Part shown: positions 12,938-25,825 of the stretch, piece by piece | Position numbering within the stretch: position 1 is the stretch's first letter | Layout of the letters: each line of letters starts with the position of its first letter | Source of the DNA: Aplysia californica | Taxonomy: Eukaryota | Length of the DNA stretch: 58,163 nucleotides | NCBI RefSeq assembly: GCF_000002075.1 | Contig: NW_004797505.1 | Location: 702,309-760,471 of the forward strand | Direction: 5' to 3' | Notes under the pieces: model-generated | Seen by the model: the letters and a program-made list of their open reading frames with translations, nothing else | What the model was told of the DNA's origin: nothing | Database searches by the model: none | Translations under genes and position numbers: made by a program

Positions 12938-13196
12938 GTGTTAGGTCACATGTCAGTGGATCAGTGTTAGGTCACATGTCAGTGGATCAGTGTTAGGTCA
13001 CATGTCAGTGGATCAGTGTTAGGTCACATCAGTGGATCAGTGTTAGGTCACATGTCAGTGGGTCAGTGTTAGGTCACATCAGTGGGTCAGTGTTAGGTCA
13101 CATGTCAGTGGGTCAGTGTTAGGTCACATGTCAGTGGGTCAGTGTTAGGTCACATCAGTGGGTCAGTGTTAGGTCACATCAGTGGATCAGAGTTGT

Positions 13197-13487
13197 TCTC
13201 AGTGCTACTCTCAGTGGTAGATCTTACTCTCAGTGGTACTCTCAGAGTTACTCTCAGTGGTAGATCTTACTCTCAGTGGTAGATCTTACTCTCAGTGCTA
13301 CTCTCAGTGCTACTCTCAGTGTTACTCTCAGTGGAAGATCTTACTCTCAGTGGTAGATCTTACTCTCAGTGGTACTCTCATTGGAAGATCTTACTCTCAG
13401 TGGAAGATCTTACTCTCAGTGGTACTCTCAGTGGTAGATCTTACTCTCAGTGGTACTCTCAGAGTTACTCTCAGTGGTAGATCTTAT
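13197..13487. repeat. Minisatellite of mixed 19-bp (CTCTCAGTGGTAGATCTTA) and 12-bp units
   Basis: Direct reading of the sequence. Confidence 0.85.
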
Positions 13488-13804
13488 ATTATTCAAGCAC
13501 ACGTGAAATCGTCAAACAAACCGACGAGAGACGCAGAGTGACAGTGGAAGTGCCGTGAGTCGTGGCGTTATTTTATTGGTTGAGAGCAGACAGTAGAGGA
13601 AGCAGCCGGCAATTCATCGGATACACAGCGTAACTATCACAAGGAGGTCAAGCCAAAGCAGAAACAAGCCAAACAATGTCTACAAACAAAACAAAATGAA
13701 GTCAACAAAACAGACCACAGAAGGAAATCATGTCCCCAAAAGCTGTGGATGTAAAGACAAACTCAAACATGACGTAAGCATGAAACGACAGACTCTCCAC
13801 TTTC

Positions 13805-14790
13805 TCACACACACAAACGACAGACACACAACACACACACAAACGACAGACTCACAACACACACATACAAACGACAGTCTCACAGACACACAACACACGC
13901 ACAAACAACAGACTAACAGACACACAACACACACACAAATGACAGACTCACAGACACACAACACACGCACAAACGACAGACTCACAAACACACAACACAC
14001 ACACACAAATGACAGACACACAGACAACGCACAAACGACAGACACACAACACAAACACAAACGACAGACACACAGACACACAACACACCCACAAACGACA
14101 GACTCACAGACACACAACACACACACCAATGACAGACTCACAAACACACAAACACACACACAAAAGACAGATCCATTAACACACAACATCACACAAACGA
14201 CAGACCCACAACACACGCACAAATGACAGACACACAGATACACAACACACAACAAACGCACAAACAACAGACACACAGACTCACAACACACACACAAATG
14301 ACACACTCACAGACACACAAACACACACACAAACGACAGACACACAATACACACACAAACAACAGACACACAAACGACAGACACACAACACACACACACA
14401 AACGACAGACTCACAGACGTAAAAACAACACGTACACAAATGACAGACTCACAGACACACAGCACACACACAAATGACAGACTCACAAACACACAACACA
14501 CACACAAACGACAGACACATAGACACACAACAGACTCACAGACACACAAAACACACACAGACACACAACACACACACAAACGACAGACTCACAGACACAC
14601 AACACACACACAAACGGCAGACACACAGACACACAACACACACACAAACGACAGACTCACAGAGATACACACAAACAACAGACTCACAAACACACAACAC
14701 ACACACAAACAATAGACACACAGACACACAACACACACACGCACAAACAACAGACTCACAAAAACACAACACACACACAAACGACAAATA
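13805..14790. repeat. CA-rich compound minisatellite (core ACAAACGACAGAC)
   Basis: Direct reading; source of the spurious Thr/His and Cys/Val ORFs. Confidence 0.9.
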
Positions 14791-14998
14791 CAATACTGCT
14801 TCAATATAAATACATATAAAATTCAATTACATGTAGTTCCTCATAAAATGAAACTAGAAATACAAAAATGAAAAGAATTCAAAAGTAGCAAAAGTAGAGT
14901 CAAGGTTGTTAATGCAAGGCATTATAAATAGCATTGAACAGGGACTATTATTAGAACAGTCTTTCAACAAGAATCATTATATTGGGTTCAGGACCAGT

Positions 14999-15550
14999 AC
15001 ACATAACATAACAACACACAACAACACGCACGTGTGATCAGAACACATATATATTTAACATAACACACAACAACACACGTGATCAGAACACATATAACAT
15101 AACACACAACAACACATGTGATCAGAACACATATAACATAACAAACAACAACACACACGTGTGATCAGAACACACAACAACACACACCCGTGATCAGAAC
15201 ACATATAACATAACACACAACAACAAACTGACACACAAGTGATCAGAACACATATAACATAACACACAACAACACACATCAGTAATCAGAACACATCAAA
15301 ACACACAACAACACACACGTGTGATCAGAACACACAACAACACACACATGTGATCAGAACACATATACATGCATGTATATAACACACAACAACACACACG
15401 TGTGATCAGAACACATATAACATAACACACAACAACAAACTGACACACAAGTGATCAGAACACATCAAAACACACAACAACACACACGTGTGATCAGAAC
15501 ACATATAACATACACACAAAAACAAACTGACACATGTGATCAGAACACAG
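14999..15550. repeat. CA-rich minisatellite (core GTGATCAGAACACA)
   Basis: Direct reading of the sequence. Confidence 0.9.
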
Positions 15551-15621
15551 GGCATACGTGCAGACATACTTCACAGTGAACAGATCTGGTGGGTTTTTTT
15601 AGTATTACTATTAACTAAATT

Positions 15622-15760
15622 AGTAGAGTTTTTACAGCGCTCTCAACTGCATAAGGTCATATGCGCGCCAAGGGGTGGATGTCAACAGAGAAGTCCAAAT
15701 GGGGAATCAGGCTTACTTTGCTCACCTCTCTATCCTCAACAGCACAAAGTCAGCTTGGAA
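15622..15760 (-). mobile_element. 3' fragment of a SINE-like repeat; paralogue of the sequence interrupted by Gypsy 2
   Basis: Reverse complement aligns to 31080-31136 and then 35335-35413 (e.g. CAACTGCATAAGGTCATAT, GCGCCAAGGGGTGG, GGGAATCAG.CTTACT). Confidence 0.65.
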
Positions 15761-16850
15761 AACTGAGAAAAAAAATGCAAGGACAAGGCAAGACCAGTAG
15801 ACAGAACCATAAACAACAACCACAACAACGTACATGTAGAGTGTTTGTACAGCGTCTACTCCAGAGAGCGCATAGCTTCAGCTACTTCACAGTTACAGAA
15901 ATTTAAATGCAAGAACAAATGTATACATGAACAATACTGTACCTGTGAAAAATTAATCTTTGCTCAAATAAACACACAGAACAAATCCACTCCCACCCCA
16001 CACACACTTTCTCATCACTCATGCAAGCATTATATACATCAAATCTGAGGGAGCATATTCAAATGCATAGTGTCATATACAATATATAATATATATATAA
16101 TATATATACAAAATGTAAAGACTGTACAAAATGCCACCTGTAACAAAAGTATGTATAGAGATCGATGCATATTGTGAACATGAAGCTAGTCAGTTAGAAA
16201 TTCTTTGCCTGTTTCCACAAGTGACCCCCCCCCCCCCACTTCCCTATGTACATGTATACATATATATGTATATCTCTATGCTTCTGGGTTTAGGGGGGGG
16301 GGGGGTGGTTAAAACAGATGGGCCAAGGTGGACAAAGGATCTTTCAGATAATTTTTCCCCCCCCTCCTTCCCCGGGAGCTCTTGAGATGATGATCATCAC
16401 TGAGATGACACATATATGATGACATATATGATGACACATATGTAGTTGATGAAGGAACTCCTGAACGTCTGGTCTCCGTCAGGCGTTCATCACAGGCCAC
16501 ACGGAGTTATGCTAGAGTCAAAAACACCTGTTCTTTTGCCATGCTCTTCATGAAAAAGGGTGTCCATCTCTTCCGAACGAACATAGAGATATTTGCAGAC
16601 ATAGGAGGTAGGGGTTGCCTGGTGTCTGCTCAACTAAAATTAGTGAGAAAATTGAAAATGGCCTCCAAAGTTTAACGACTCTAAAGCTGTACTGTCCTAG
16701 GAAACGGCATACTGTACCCTACAATGATACATAGGGCCCTGTAGCCTACAAAGATACATCTAGCCTATAGATATGTCGGCGTTGTCAACACTCAAGGAGC
16801 TGTAGTAATAAGAAAGTCATTCTTCAACCAGACATTAATTGATTTATTAT

Positions 16851-17623
16851 CAGAGGCGGTGGGTAGTGAAGGGCTCACAGGTTGAGCCCCCCCCTCCCAA
16901 CTCCATCCCAAAGTAAATGAAAGTTTCCTAAATAATGAAATAAACAGTTGAAACCGTTATGGCCGCACGCAATGAACACAGATTGATCAACTTGGCAGCT
17001 TGCTCGTTTATCCAATCACTATTGTCACTGCTTACAAGTATAGTATCCTAACAGCCAATCAAATGTCTTTAGGGCTCAGCACAGAATGAGCCCATTCACA
17101 CGCCCCTTCCGTAATGAAACGCTTCTTGAAAAAAGGTAGAGGACTGCCAAAAATAACACTGTACCATGGGCTCAAGCTCTCCTAGCCCTGACAATGGAGT
17201 GAAAGTTTACGACACATTTTCCCCCCACTGACACAGATACCTACACGCTGATTGGACATTAATTGTTAGGTGCGTTCTACTTTCCGCGACTACAAGCCTA
17301 GTCCAGCTCATAGACAGGCTATGTTTGAAGTGCAGTGTGTGTATGTTTGTGTTTGTGTTGCTGAGGTTTAACAGTTATAAATCATGTCGATCGACTTTTA
17401 AGGTAACTTTTCCATCCAGAAGAATCTAACTAAAAACAAAGAGATGGAAGACAAAGGCGACAAGGTGACTCTTCTCGTTTGAATGGTTCTCAAAATACCG
17501 TGGCTCACCGAGAGTAAAGAAAAATCGGTACTGTTTAGGGCTTATTGCTTGCAAATTTGGTGGTAAAGTCGAAGTGTCGGCAGTCTAAGCTCCACCGAAA
17601 ATTTGATCTAGCCACCGCCACTG
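16851..17623. mobile_element. hAT-like non-autonomous element
   Basis: TIR CAGAGGCGGTGGGTAG / CTAGCCACCGCCACTG; degenerate 8-bp flanks TTTATTAT / TTGGTTAT. Confidence 0.6.
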
Positions 17624-17913
17624 TTGGTTATTAAAGACTTAAGCTGCATTTTTTAATAACGTCCCGGGTGCATAAATACACTAAAAACATCACTCTACTT
17701 TGGTTACCATCAAACAAATGGTTGATGAGAAATCTTGCTTCCAAAGTGTTCCACATTAGGTGAATGGACTACAGAGAAAACTTTAATTCGGATGAGATCC
17801 CTAAGATAAGTGGGAGCTTTGTCCAGATTTTTTTTTTTAAACGTATCCAGTCAGCACCTGATCTCAAAGCCAAAGGAATTTGTCAACAGCTATCAGCACT
17901 GGCTTGAGGTTAC

Positions 17914-18041
17914 AGCAGACAAGCAGAGGTCATAGGTCATAGCAGACAAGCAGAGGTCATAGGTCATAGCAGACAAGCAGAGGTCATAGGTCATAGCAGA
18001 CAAGCAGAGGTCATAGGTCATAGCAGACAAGCAGAGGTCAT
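17914..18041. repeat. 27-bp tandem repeat, about 4.7 copies
   Basis: Unit AGCAGACAAGCAGAGGTCATAGGTCAT. Confidence 0.9.
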
Positions 18042-18176
18042 ATTATATGGAAACTTCCACAAAGGAAAAAAAAGTGAAAGGGTCAGAGGTTACAAAACCA
18101 TTCTGAACTGTGACCTTGTAAAATAGGTCAAATCGTCAGTGGGGACAGAATAGTGACCTTACAACAACAATTTTAC

Positions 18177-18295
18177 CTCATGTCTACTGGCAAAATCATG
18201 AATATATTATCTCATGTCTACTGGCAAAATCATGAATATATTATCTCATGTCTACTGGCAAAATCATGAATATATTACCTCATATCTACCGGCAA
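18177..18295. repeat. 34-bp tandem repeat, about 3.5 copies
   Basis: Unit CTCATGTCTACTGGCAAAATCATGAATATATTAT. Confidence 0.9.
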
Positions 18296-19149
18296 GCAAT
18301 TAGTTGTACTAAGATTCTTAGATCTTTCCACCTTGTATGGCAGTAAACGTGAAATTCATATTATTGCAAGCAGAAAAGAGTAAGTGAGTGGTCATGGAAG
18401 AAGTCGGGGGTCGTCACCAAGCACACTACGACATCGGAAACATTGACAGACATGCAGCGTCATCACACACACATTTGTCCTGTACAGAATGGCACAAGTT
18501 CTCCGTACGTCCAGTCCTCTCCGCCCCACATAACACAGGGGCCCAGCAGAGTGACAAATCGTGTAACAGCATCAACAACACCAGCTGTCACCGATAGATT
18601 TCAGAAACACGTTTCCACGGAAGCCCCACAGGATATGAAGACACTTCCGTGGAGTAGCGACATCTTTGACATTTTTGCGTAACAGACAGAACATTTGTGA
18701 GGCAGCGTGCAATCAGGCACTCGTCAATATAAAGAAATCAGGGAAAGCGGCATTTTTCTGGGGCAATTTTTTTATAATTTTCTTTTTTTGGCTCTATACC
18801 TTCTACATCCATTTAAAACCACATTTCTGCATGGATTGTACTGTAAAACATTGGTCAAAGGCAGAGAAAATTTTAATTAGCAATTTCCAAGGACACTCAA
18901 GTTTTGGAAATCACAAAACTTTGGCGGCCACTTTCTTGCTAATTTTACCTCTGATACCAGGCTACCCCCACCTCCTTCCATGGCAAACATCTTGGCTTCG
19001 ATTCAAGATAGATGGGTAGTTTTTCCACCAATTGCAAGACAGGTAAACAAGCTTTAAGATGACACCGATAACTTCATATGTCCAAAAATTGACGAGCGCC
19101 TGAATCCAGCGCGGCGTGACACATTTGTAACAACATGGACAAGGAACCA

Positions 19150-19774
19150 TCAACTCCCCTCCCTCCCCTCCACATGTTGTCGTCGCTGCAATGTTCTCAT
19201 TGGCCTGAGGTTGGGAGACTCACCGCGTCTGCTCGACCTCACAGGACCACTCCTCCGTGGTGGGGAAAACTCTCCTCCTGCCTCTTCCGCTTCGTCATCG
19301 AGTGGATCCTCAAACATCCTCCCTTCATCAACTGTCTCTTCCTCCTCCTCCTCAACAGCTCCATCTCGTATCGACTCGAAATACTCTTCCACGGTGTAGT
19401 TGAGCTTCTTCTCCATCGCTCGGACTCGCTGAAGGAACATATCTTTGGCGTATTGATACAACTGCACGTCTAGACCGTTGGCGTGAATCACACGCTGCTG
19501 CATCTCTCCCGTGATGTCGATGCGGCTGACGTGGGTGTTTTCTCGCTGCTCAAAGTTCTCGATGAACCGCAGGCCAAACGTGCGCTCAAACAGGAACTGT
19601 GTCTTCCTCTGCTCCTCCACGATCCCGAAGAAGGCAAACTCGAGAAGGTTCTCTTTGGCGCTGGCTAGCAGGGTGGAGTTGACAAACGCTGGCTCCAGGC
19701 TTGACCAGTCGTAGCAGTTGACCTTGGTGAGGTTGGCCAACATCCGGGTCATGCGGTTAAAGGCCAAGTTGTGC
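19150..19774 (-). CDS. HS6ST: Heparan-sulfate 6-O-sulfotransferase, coding exon 3 (last)
   Basis: Acceptor ttttccag|G, phase 2; HNLAFNRMTRMLANL, LLASAKENL..FAFFG..E.QRKTQFLFERTF, N.LDVQLYQYAKDMFLQR are HS6ST-family motifs; TGA at 19150. Confidence 0.93.
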
Positions 19775-19846
19775 CTGGAAAACACAGTCAGAGTATAGTT
19801 ATAGGACATTCACACACACATACACAGTCAAAGCATGAGTAAAGTC

Positions 19847-19890
<44 letters not shown>

Positions 19891-20774
19891 TAAACGCAGT
19901 GTCAGAGTATAGTTATAGTTAAATTAGTGCTGGTCTTACTTATAGGACAAACACACACACATACACACACATACACACACACACACACATGGTTAAGTTA
20001 GTGNNNNNNNNNNNNNNNNNNNNNNNNNNNNNNNNNNNNNNNNNNNNNNNNNNNNNNNNNNNNNNNNNNNNNNNNNNNNNNNNNNNNNNNNNNNNNNNNN
20101 NNNNNNNNNNNNNNNNNNNNNNNNNNNNNNNNNNGTTAAGTTAGTGCTGGTCTTACTTATAAATAGGACAAACACACACACATACACACACACACACACA
20201 TAGTCAGAAAATAGTGCTTGTCTTGTAAGTGAAGGGCGGACAGACAGACAGACACACACACACACACAAATGCCACACGCGACAACAGCAAATTCCTTTC
20301 TTCGCTGTATCAAAGACAAAATGTGAGGTGTGCTGACAAAATGAGTTACTTCTCACAGTTCAAAAATGGAGATATTGACCAAAAATCGACACTTGGGTCA
20401 AATTTCTAGGTTAAGGTTTGCTATTGATGCAATATTCATTAAGTAGTAAATGCCTTTTATTATTTCACACTTACAAATTATAAAAACTTCACCTATAAGC
20501 ATGATCTATTTCCATAGGGCCCTAATCCGAGAATTAACTCATTTAGTCAGCAAACTTCACAAATAATGAACGACATGATCATTAACCCTTACACAGCCAA
20601 CAAGACATGACCATTAACCCTAACACACCCAAAAAGACATGGTATGACAAAACAGTCGCGGAGGAAAGGCTGCTACCTTGTAAAAGTACAACCGTAATTA
20701 ACTAAATGATTCAGCCCCCCTCACCCCCACGAAAATGTTTAATTTAATCCGTCTATGTTAATATGTTGACGTAC

Positions 20775-20969
20775 TTGCAAGAAATGAATTCCTCAAAAGT
20801 CACATCGGTCCAGTCCTCCCCTGTATAACAGAAGGGCACTTCCTCTAGCGTGGCCTCGTGCCCATTGCAATGTAAGCGAGCCGCTTTCCATGTGGCGCCG
20901 CGTCTAACATGTTGCCACTCGCTCAAAAACCGTGGGAGTGGATCACGCAGAAATGTGATATAGTGGTAC
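20775..20969 (-). CDS. HS6ST: HS6ST coding exon 2
   Basis: 195 nt, phase 2/2 (ttccag|G ... AA|gtacgt); YITFLRDPLPRFLSEWQHVRRGATWK contains the 3'-phosphate-binding motif. Confidence 0.93.
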
Positions 20970-22584
20970 CTGGAACAGACAAATCTCAAGATGAATCATG
21001 TGTAGACACGTAAATCTTCACAAAAGATGGGCATTCTGTGTCCAATTTATCTAAATTAAACTTCAGTTTTGTGTCAACGTGAAACTGTTAAGTCAAATCT
21101 CGCTATAGCCCCGTTCACCGCCAGGTTTTGCCTATGTTATGAAAAGGAAAGCTTATATTATATTATCATAGTATTTTCGCTATATTACGTTGCCATCCAC
21201 CATGATACGATCTATGTACGTTGCATTCCGTATTAAACTACGTAAGTTTGTTTCGAGCGCACACGCCACCCACTCGGCGGTGGGATAATCTCTCTCCCAA
21301 GCGACCTTCTGACCCTGGCCTGCGAGCAGTATCATGTGGCTTTGCCAGACGTCAGCCCGATGATCTCAAGGCCAGAGGTGGCCAAGAGGCTTCCATTTTG
21401 TGAGGGATCCTACTCAAATCTAATTGACAGGTTTGACACTGCCCTACCATTGATGGATAAAGGGTGAAATAGTGTTTTCACTTTCCTCTAGCTCATTTAG
21501 GTATTTTCCTAAGCCAACAAAATTTTGCAACGCATTTCAGCAGGCCAGCGACCAAACAAAAATTTTTTTTTTTTTAAATCTTGATCCAGCAATAAAAGTT
21601 TTTCTCTTTGGGCCCTATAATATATTATAGCTGGGTATTCTTTTACTTTCCATCTCATCTCACGCCTAGAGCTATGTCCATTTTCTACTATGATTCGCCA
21701 AACACAGACATTGACCTTATATTTCTTTCTGTAGAAAATTAATAGTTTTTTAAATATTTGAAGGTTTTTAATTGAACTTTATCACACTTAACTCTTTAAG
21801 CCTTCTTGTGTAGTAATTTCCGGGCTTTACACCAATCTCGGAGGGGGTGGGGAATTAAAAATCTGAGGGGTTACAGGGTTTTCACCCATAACTTGATGTT
21901 TTGCAGTAAAATTTTCTTGAAAATAATTTATTTGCAACAGTTTTAGTGGCTAAATGTGTGATCTGCAGCAAAAAATACTGCAGTCTGACCCCCAAATCAG
22001 CGCATCTGTGTGCTGGAGAGAAAGTAAAAATTTACAAACTTCTTTTGCAGTGACTTTTGAGAATGGGCTTTGGCTTTAGATTCTGTTGGTCATCCAACTT
22101 TTACACACCCATATGTAAAGATCTGAGAAGATTGAACAGAGCGATTTCATTTTATCTTGTTTTCACCACGGTCAAACGAACTTGAAAGTTAGTCTACAGT
22201 TGGTAAATTTTCACTGTACCAACACACACAAATGCATTGATTTGAGGGCTAAACTGCCATAACGTTCGCTGTAGAACACACGTATGGCCACCAATAACAC
22301 TTGCAAATCAAATGTTTACAAGTAAATATATATCCTAATTGTCAGAACATCAAATCATTGTGAAAGGCAGGGGCACATGCCCCCAGATTCTTTTTAGGCC
22401 CCCCTGAAACTCCTCCCCCCATGCCCCATGTTGTTAAAATCAAGTCAAATATTACTATTTTCAAACATCAATAACTATTTGCCGCAAAAATGAATTTGTA
22501 CTCAGCATGCAAAATACTACTCGAAAAAAAAGTATATATATACATAAAATGTGTACATGAGACGGGTGCATGAGTAAAAAAAAA

Positions 22585-23166
22585 GGCCCGCTCTATTTCT
22601 CCGAACGTTCAGGAAAATAAACTTGAACTCTATTTCTCCTAACAGTTTCAGTTCTCGCGGGAATTTTAGAACAAACGAAAGTGGCGGCCCCGTTTTGGTT
22701 TTGTCTGTTTTTTTTTCTTGGAGTGTGCATGTGTGTGTGTGTGGCCGGTGGCCTGTGGGCTTTTTTTAAGGAGCGACCGGGGGGGGGGGGGGGGGGGGGG
22801 GGTTACATATATTATAAATATATATATATATATAAGGATTTTCATTTTTGTGGGCGACTAAATGCAAAATAGGTTACTGCCAAGGTCAAGCAGTCTTGTT
22901 TTCTCGCAGTACCTTTTGAAGGTATTTTCAAATGGAGTATCGGGAACGTTGCCCCAACCACAACTGAAGTAGTCTGAATATTTAAAAAACAATAGCTTTA
23001 GAAATTGAATTCGAAGCAAAAAATGCTTGTTCTTCCCAGTCCTCGCAGAACAGCAGAATGAAAGGATGATGCCTAAATCTCGCATTATAACAAAAAATCT
23101 CGAGAATGGACACCGGTCGGAGAAATGAGTTCAACTTTACCCGAACGTTCAGAGAAATGACAACTT
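22585..23166. mobile_element. Non-autonomous TIR element (MULE-like) in HS6ST intron 1
   Basis: Inverted subterminal repeats ATTTCTCcGAACGTTC..TTGAACTC.ATTTCTCC at both ends; flanked by A-runs on both sides (possible 9-10 bp TSD). Confidence 0.5.
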
Positions 23167-23180
23167 AAAAAAAAAAAAAA

Positions 23181-24065
23181 GGAGTGACGCGATGGCAATT
23201 GACTTTATTGACGCGGTAGTGTCCATTGCCACCGAGTGACGCAGTGTCAAGTCTAAAAACAATGCTTTATTTAAAGCTTTCGATTCATAATGTGTTACGA
23301 ACGCATGGAATTTAGATCTTACCCCCTATCATAAGTTGAAGTCAAAGTGCTTACACACACTGGGTTCGAAAGGAAAATAGTATAGAGGTCAATTTCCGAA
23401 TGTTTTGCACTCAAATTCTTCTTTTTACCTGCACAACGGTATTCAAAACTACATGTTAATGATCTATAAACTTATGTTTTATCAGGGATAAATTTTATGT
23501 CATTAAATTTCATAAATTGAAGCGCATTTGAAAGATTTTGTTTCACAATAAAAATGAAAGTCTTGTTTCCTGGCAATCCTTTCGAGCTCCTCATGTCTCA
23601 GTGGGTCAATTTGTTTTCTAATTTCACTGGACGAACATCTAGAGACCAACTTCAACTTGGCATATTTTGAAGGAAAGACGTAGGCTAGCCTCTATGCTTC
23701 GGTGTAGAACCAACACAGCAGGCGATTCTAGAAGTAGCCCACAAACGCACACTAAACTCAAGCGAAAATAAGCTACTTATTAAGGAACATAAATCGGGGG
23801 GACAGGGGTTAGAGAGAGAGAGAGAGAGAGAGACCCCTGCCCCCACACACATAAATCGGGGGGACAGGGGTTAGAGAAAGAGAGAGAGAGAGAGAGAGAC
23901 CCCTGCCCCCACACACAGAGAGGCAAAGAGAGAGGCGTGCGTCGGAAGTTCACAAACGCAGAAAACTGAGCACATATATACAGGCTAGATCTACTCACAA
24001 ACACAAAAGAACTCTATTTACTCGGTGGCACGTCAATTGTCACCGCGTCACTCGGTGGCAGTTGA
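23181..24065. mobile_element. Non-autonomous element with inverted subterminal repeats; exact ends unclear
   Basis: GAGTGACGCGATGGCAATTGAC and GCCACCGAGTGACGC at the left versus GTCAATTGTCACCGCGTCACTCGGTGGC at the right; internal duplicated (GA)n block at 23788-23917. Confidence 0.5.
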
Positions 24066-24143
24066 TAAAAAGTCTAAAAAGACAGGCCTCTATGGCTTGT
24101 TGAAAGTTGTTGAGGGTTCAAAGGGGTTAGGGTTAGGGTTATA

Positions 24144-24254
24144 CGGGGTGCCCACTATGGATGGGATCAGCCGATCGGGTGATCGCCTCAAACACAAACA
24201 TCTTTGTTTTCATTTTCAGGCGATCGGCCCGATCCAGCCGTAGTGGGCACCCCA
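24144..24254. mobile_element. Tiny hairpin MITE flanked by TA, within (GGGTTA)n-like repeats
   Basis: GGGGTGCCCACTA..GATCGCCT / AGGCGATC..TAGTGGGCACCCC; TA at 24142-24143 and 24255-24256. Confidence 0.65.
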
Positions 24255-24401
24255 TATTAGGGTTTAGGGCTAGGGTTAGTATTAAGACCCTGTTCAAAAT
24301 ATCTCCTCCTTTGTGTGTTGTTGGTCGGCCGGCCCTCTGTGAATTCCTTGAAGTCCTTCCCTATAATATTATTTTTTTATACTAACTACACTTTATTTAT
24401 T

Positions 24402-25303
24402 GGCCGTCTTAGTCCGAATAAAATTTTTTCATATTCGGACTCGAGTCAAAAAAAAATAAATTCATATTCGGACTCAAGTCCGAATATGAAAAAATGTTAT
24501 TCGGACTCGGGTCCGGAAAAAAGGTGTGTCTTCGTTCTATAAAAATCTAAACTTCAGTGCTTCCAATTTTCCGCCATTTTTTAGTTCCCCCAACACCTTA
24601 TCTGCCGATCCGATGCCCCCCGCATGTTTCCCACTTTCTTTGTTGTAAAAAAAGGTAAAATTAAAGATTAGCAGACCACCTGGCACCTGCATATTATGAG
24701 CTGTGTAAAAAAAAAAGATCGATTCGTTCAAATACACATGCCGCCTGTGTCATCTCGATTGTTTACCAAGAAAAAGTTGTGTTGCGCACGCCAACTTTTG
24801 ATTCCACAGACCAGCGCACAATTCATTACGTAGATCTACGTTAAGACTAGTTTATTAATGATCAGTTGGCGGGAGAAAAAAGACTGACGCGTATGCGACG
24901 TTCAACGCCCAGACCGATAGTGCCCCCCCCCCCTCCCTGACACGCACACACAGCCACACGTGTGAAGGCCGCCCATCCGACCCCGTCACACGCTAACCAG
25001 CCATCTTTAATTTTGCTTCTGATTAGCTCTTGACAAATAAACATTTATAAATAAGCGCTATGACTTTTCAGGCCCGCCTCAAATTCATCATAAGATAAAA
25101 ACTCGGCTCCTGCACAAAACGCCATTTTGCCCAAAGTGATCCCGGTCTCTAGATCTACCCAGCCTGAGGCGAGTCACGATGAGGCAGGACAGGAAGCCAG
25201 AGTCACGAGTCACAGGAAGTCGGAAGTGATGTCATGCTGGACAAGAATCAAAGTCCGAATAACATTTTTTCATATTCGGACTCGAGTCCGAATAGTCACT
25301 TCA
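24402..25303 (-). mobile_element. Non-autonomous Mutator-like element, copy 1
   Basis: Perfect 9-bp TSD TTATTTATT (24393-24401, 25304-25312); subterminal ATTCGGACTCGAGTCCGAAT palindromes; homologous to 36982-38516. Confidence 0.8.
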
Positions 25304-25331
25304 TTATTTATTTACTTAGATCTCTACTGAC

Positions 25332-25825
25332 CTTCTGTTCTTTCTGGACTTGACATCATTCTCTTGAAACCATTCGTCAACACAGTCATGAAGTTCGGTC
25401 CAGTCAGCGTGAACGCCACACATCCATCCCGTCGAGTGGCGGCTGAAGAGCCAAACCCTGTTATTTCTGGTGAAACATTCGCACTTTTTCACACCAGGTT
25501 CACATTCACAAGGGGGTTGGACATCAAGATTATGAACGAGGTGTCGACCGAATGTCGCTCCCCCTGTCTTCTGAATGTGTAAATAAACTAACACGTCGTC
25601 AGCTTCAAGATTAACATGTCGAGACCTATCTAAAGAACTTTGACTAAAACTGTGCTTCAGAAGTTTCCCTTGTAAATAAGCATCAAAATCGTTTTTGAAG
25701 GGAGCAGCGGTCGGGCTCGTCATTCCAAAACATGATGAACCGGAGCACGTATAAACGGAAAGAAGACAAAAAACAAGCACCATCAATGTTAAACCAATAA
25801 GAATATTCCGAAACTTGGTGGACAT
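25332..25825 (-). CDS. HS6ST: HS6ST coding exon 1
   Basis: N-terminal type II membrane anchor; LHIQKTGGATFGRHL (5'-PSB loop), WLFSRHSTGWMCGVHADWTEL; donor AG|gtcagt, phase 2. The three exons total 1314 nt = 437 aa + stop. Confidence 0.95.

Larger units (their letters stand above)
11559..13190. repeat. 26-bp minisatellite (CAGTGTTAGGTCACATGTCAGTGGAT) split by an inserted element at 11927-12937
   Basis: Same unit on both sides: 11559-11926 and 12938-13190. Confidence 0.9.

Noticed and set aside
11559-13487. Regular ~26-bp repeats resembling a CRISPR array
   Set aside because: Units are head-to-tail with no unique spacers, no cas genes, and the context is eukaryotic.
13696-15279. Long Thr/His/Gln- and Cys/Val-rich ORFs
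   Set aside because: Translations of CA-rich satellites, open in several frames on both strands.
13570-19149. Very long HS6ST 3' UTR ending at a minus-strand AATAAA near 13573
   Set aside because: Plausible, but other candidate signals exist and there is no transcript evidence.
21240-21430. GC-richer intronic stretch that might be a structured RNA
   Set aside because: No recognisable family motif or convincing fold by eye.
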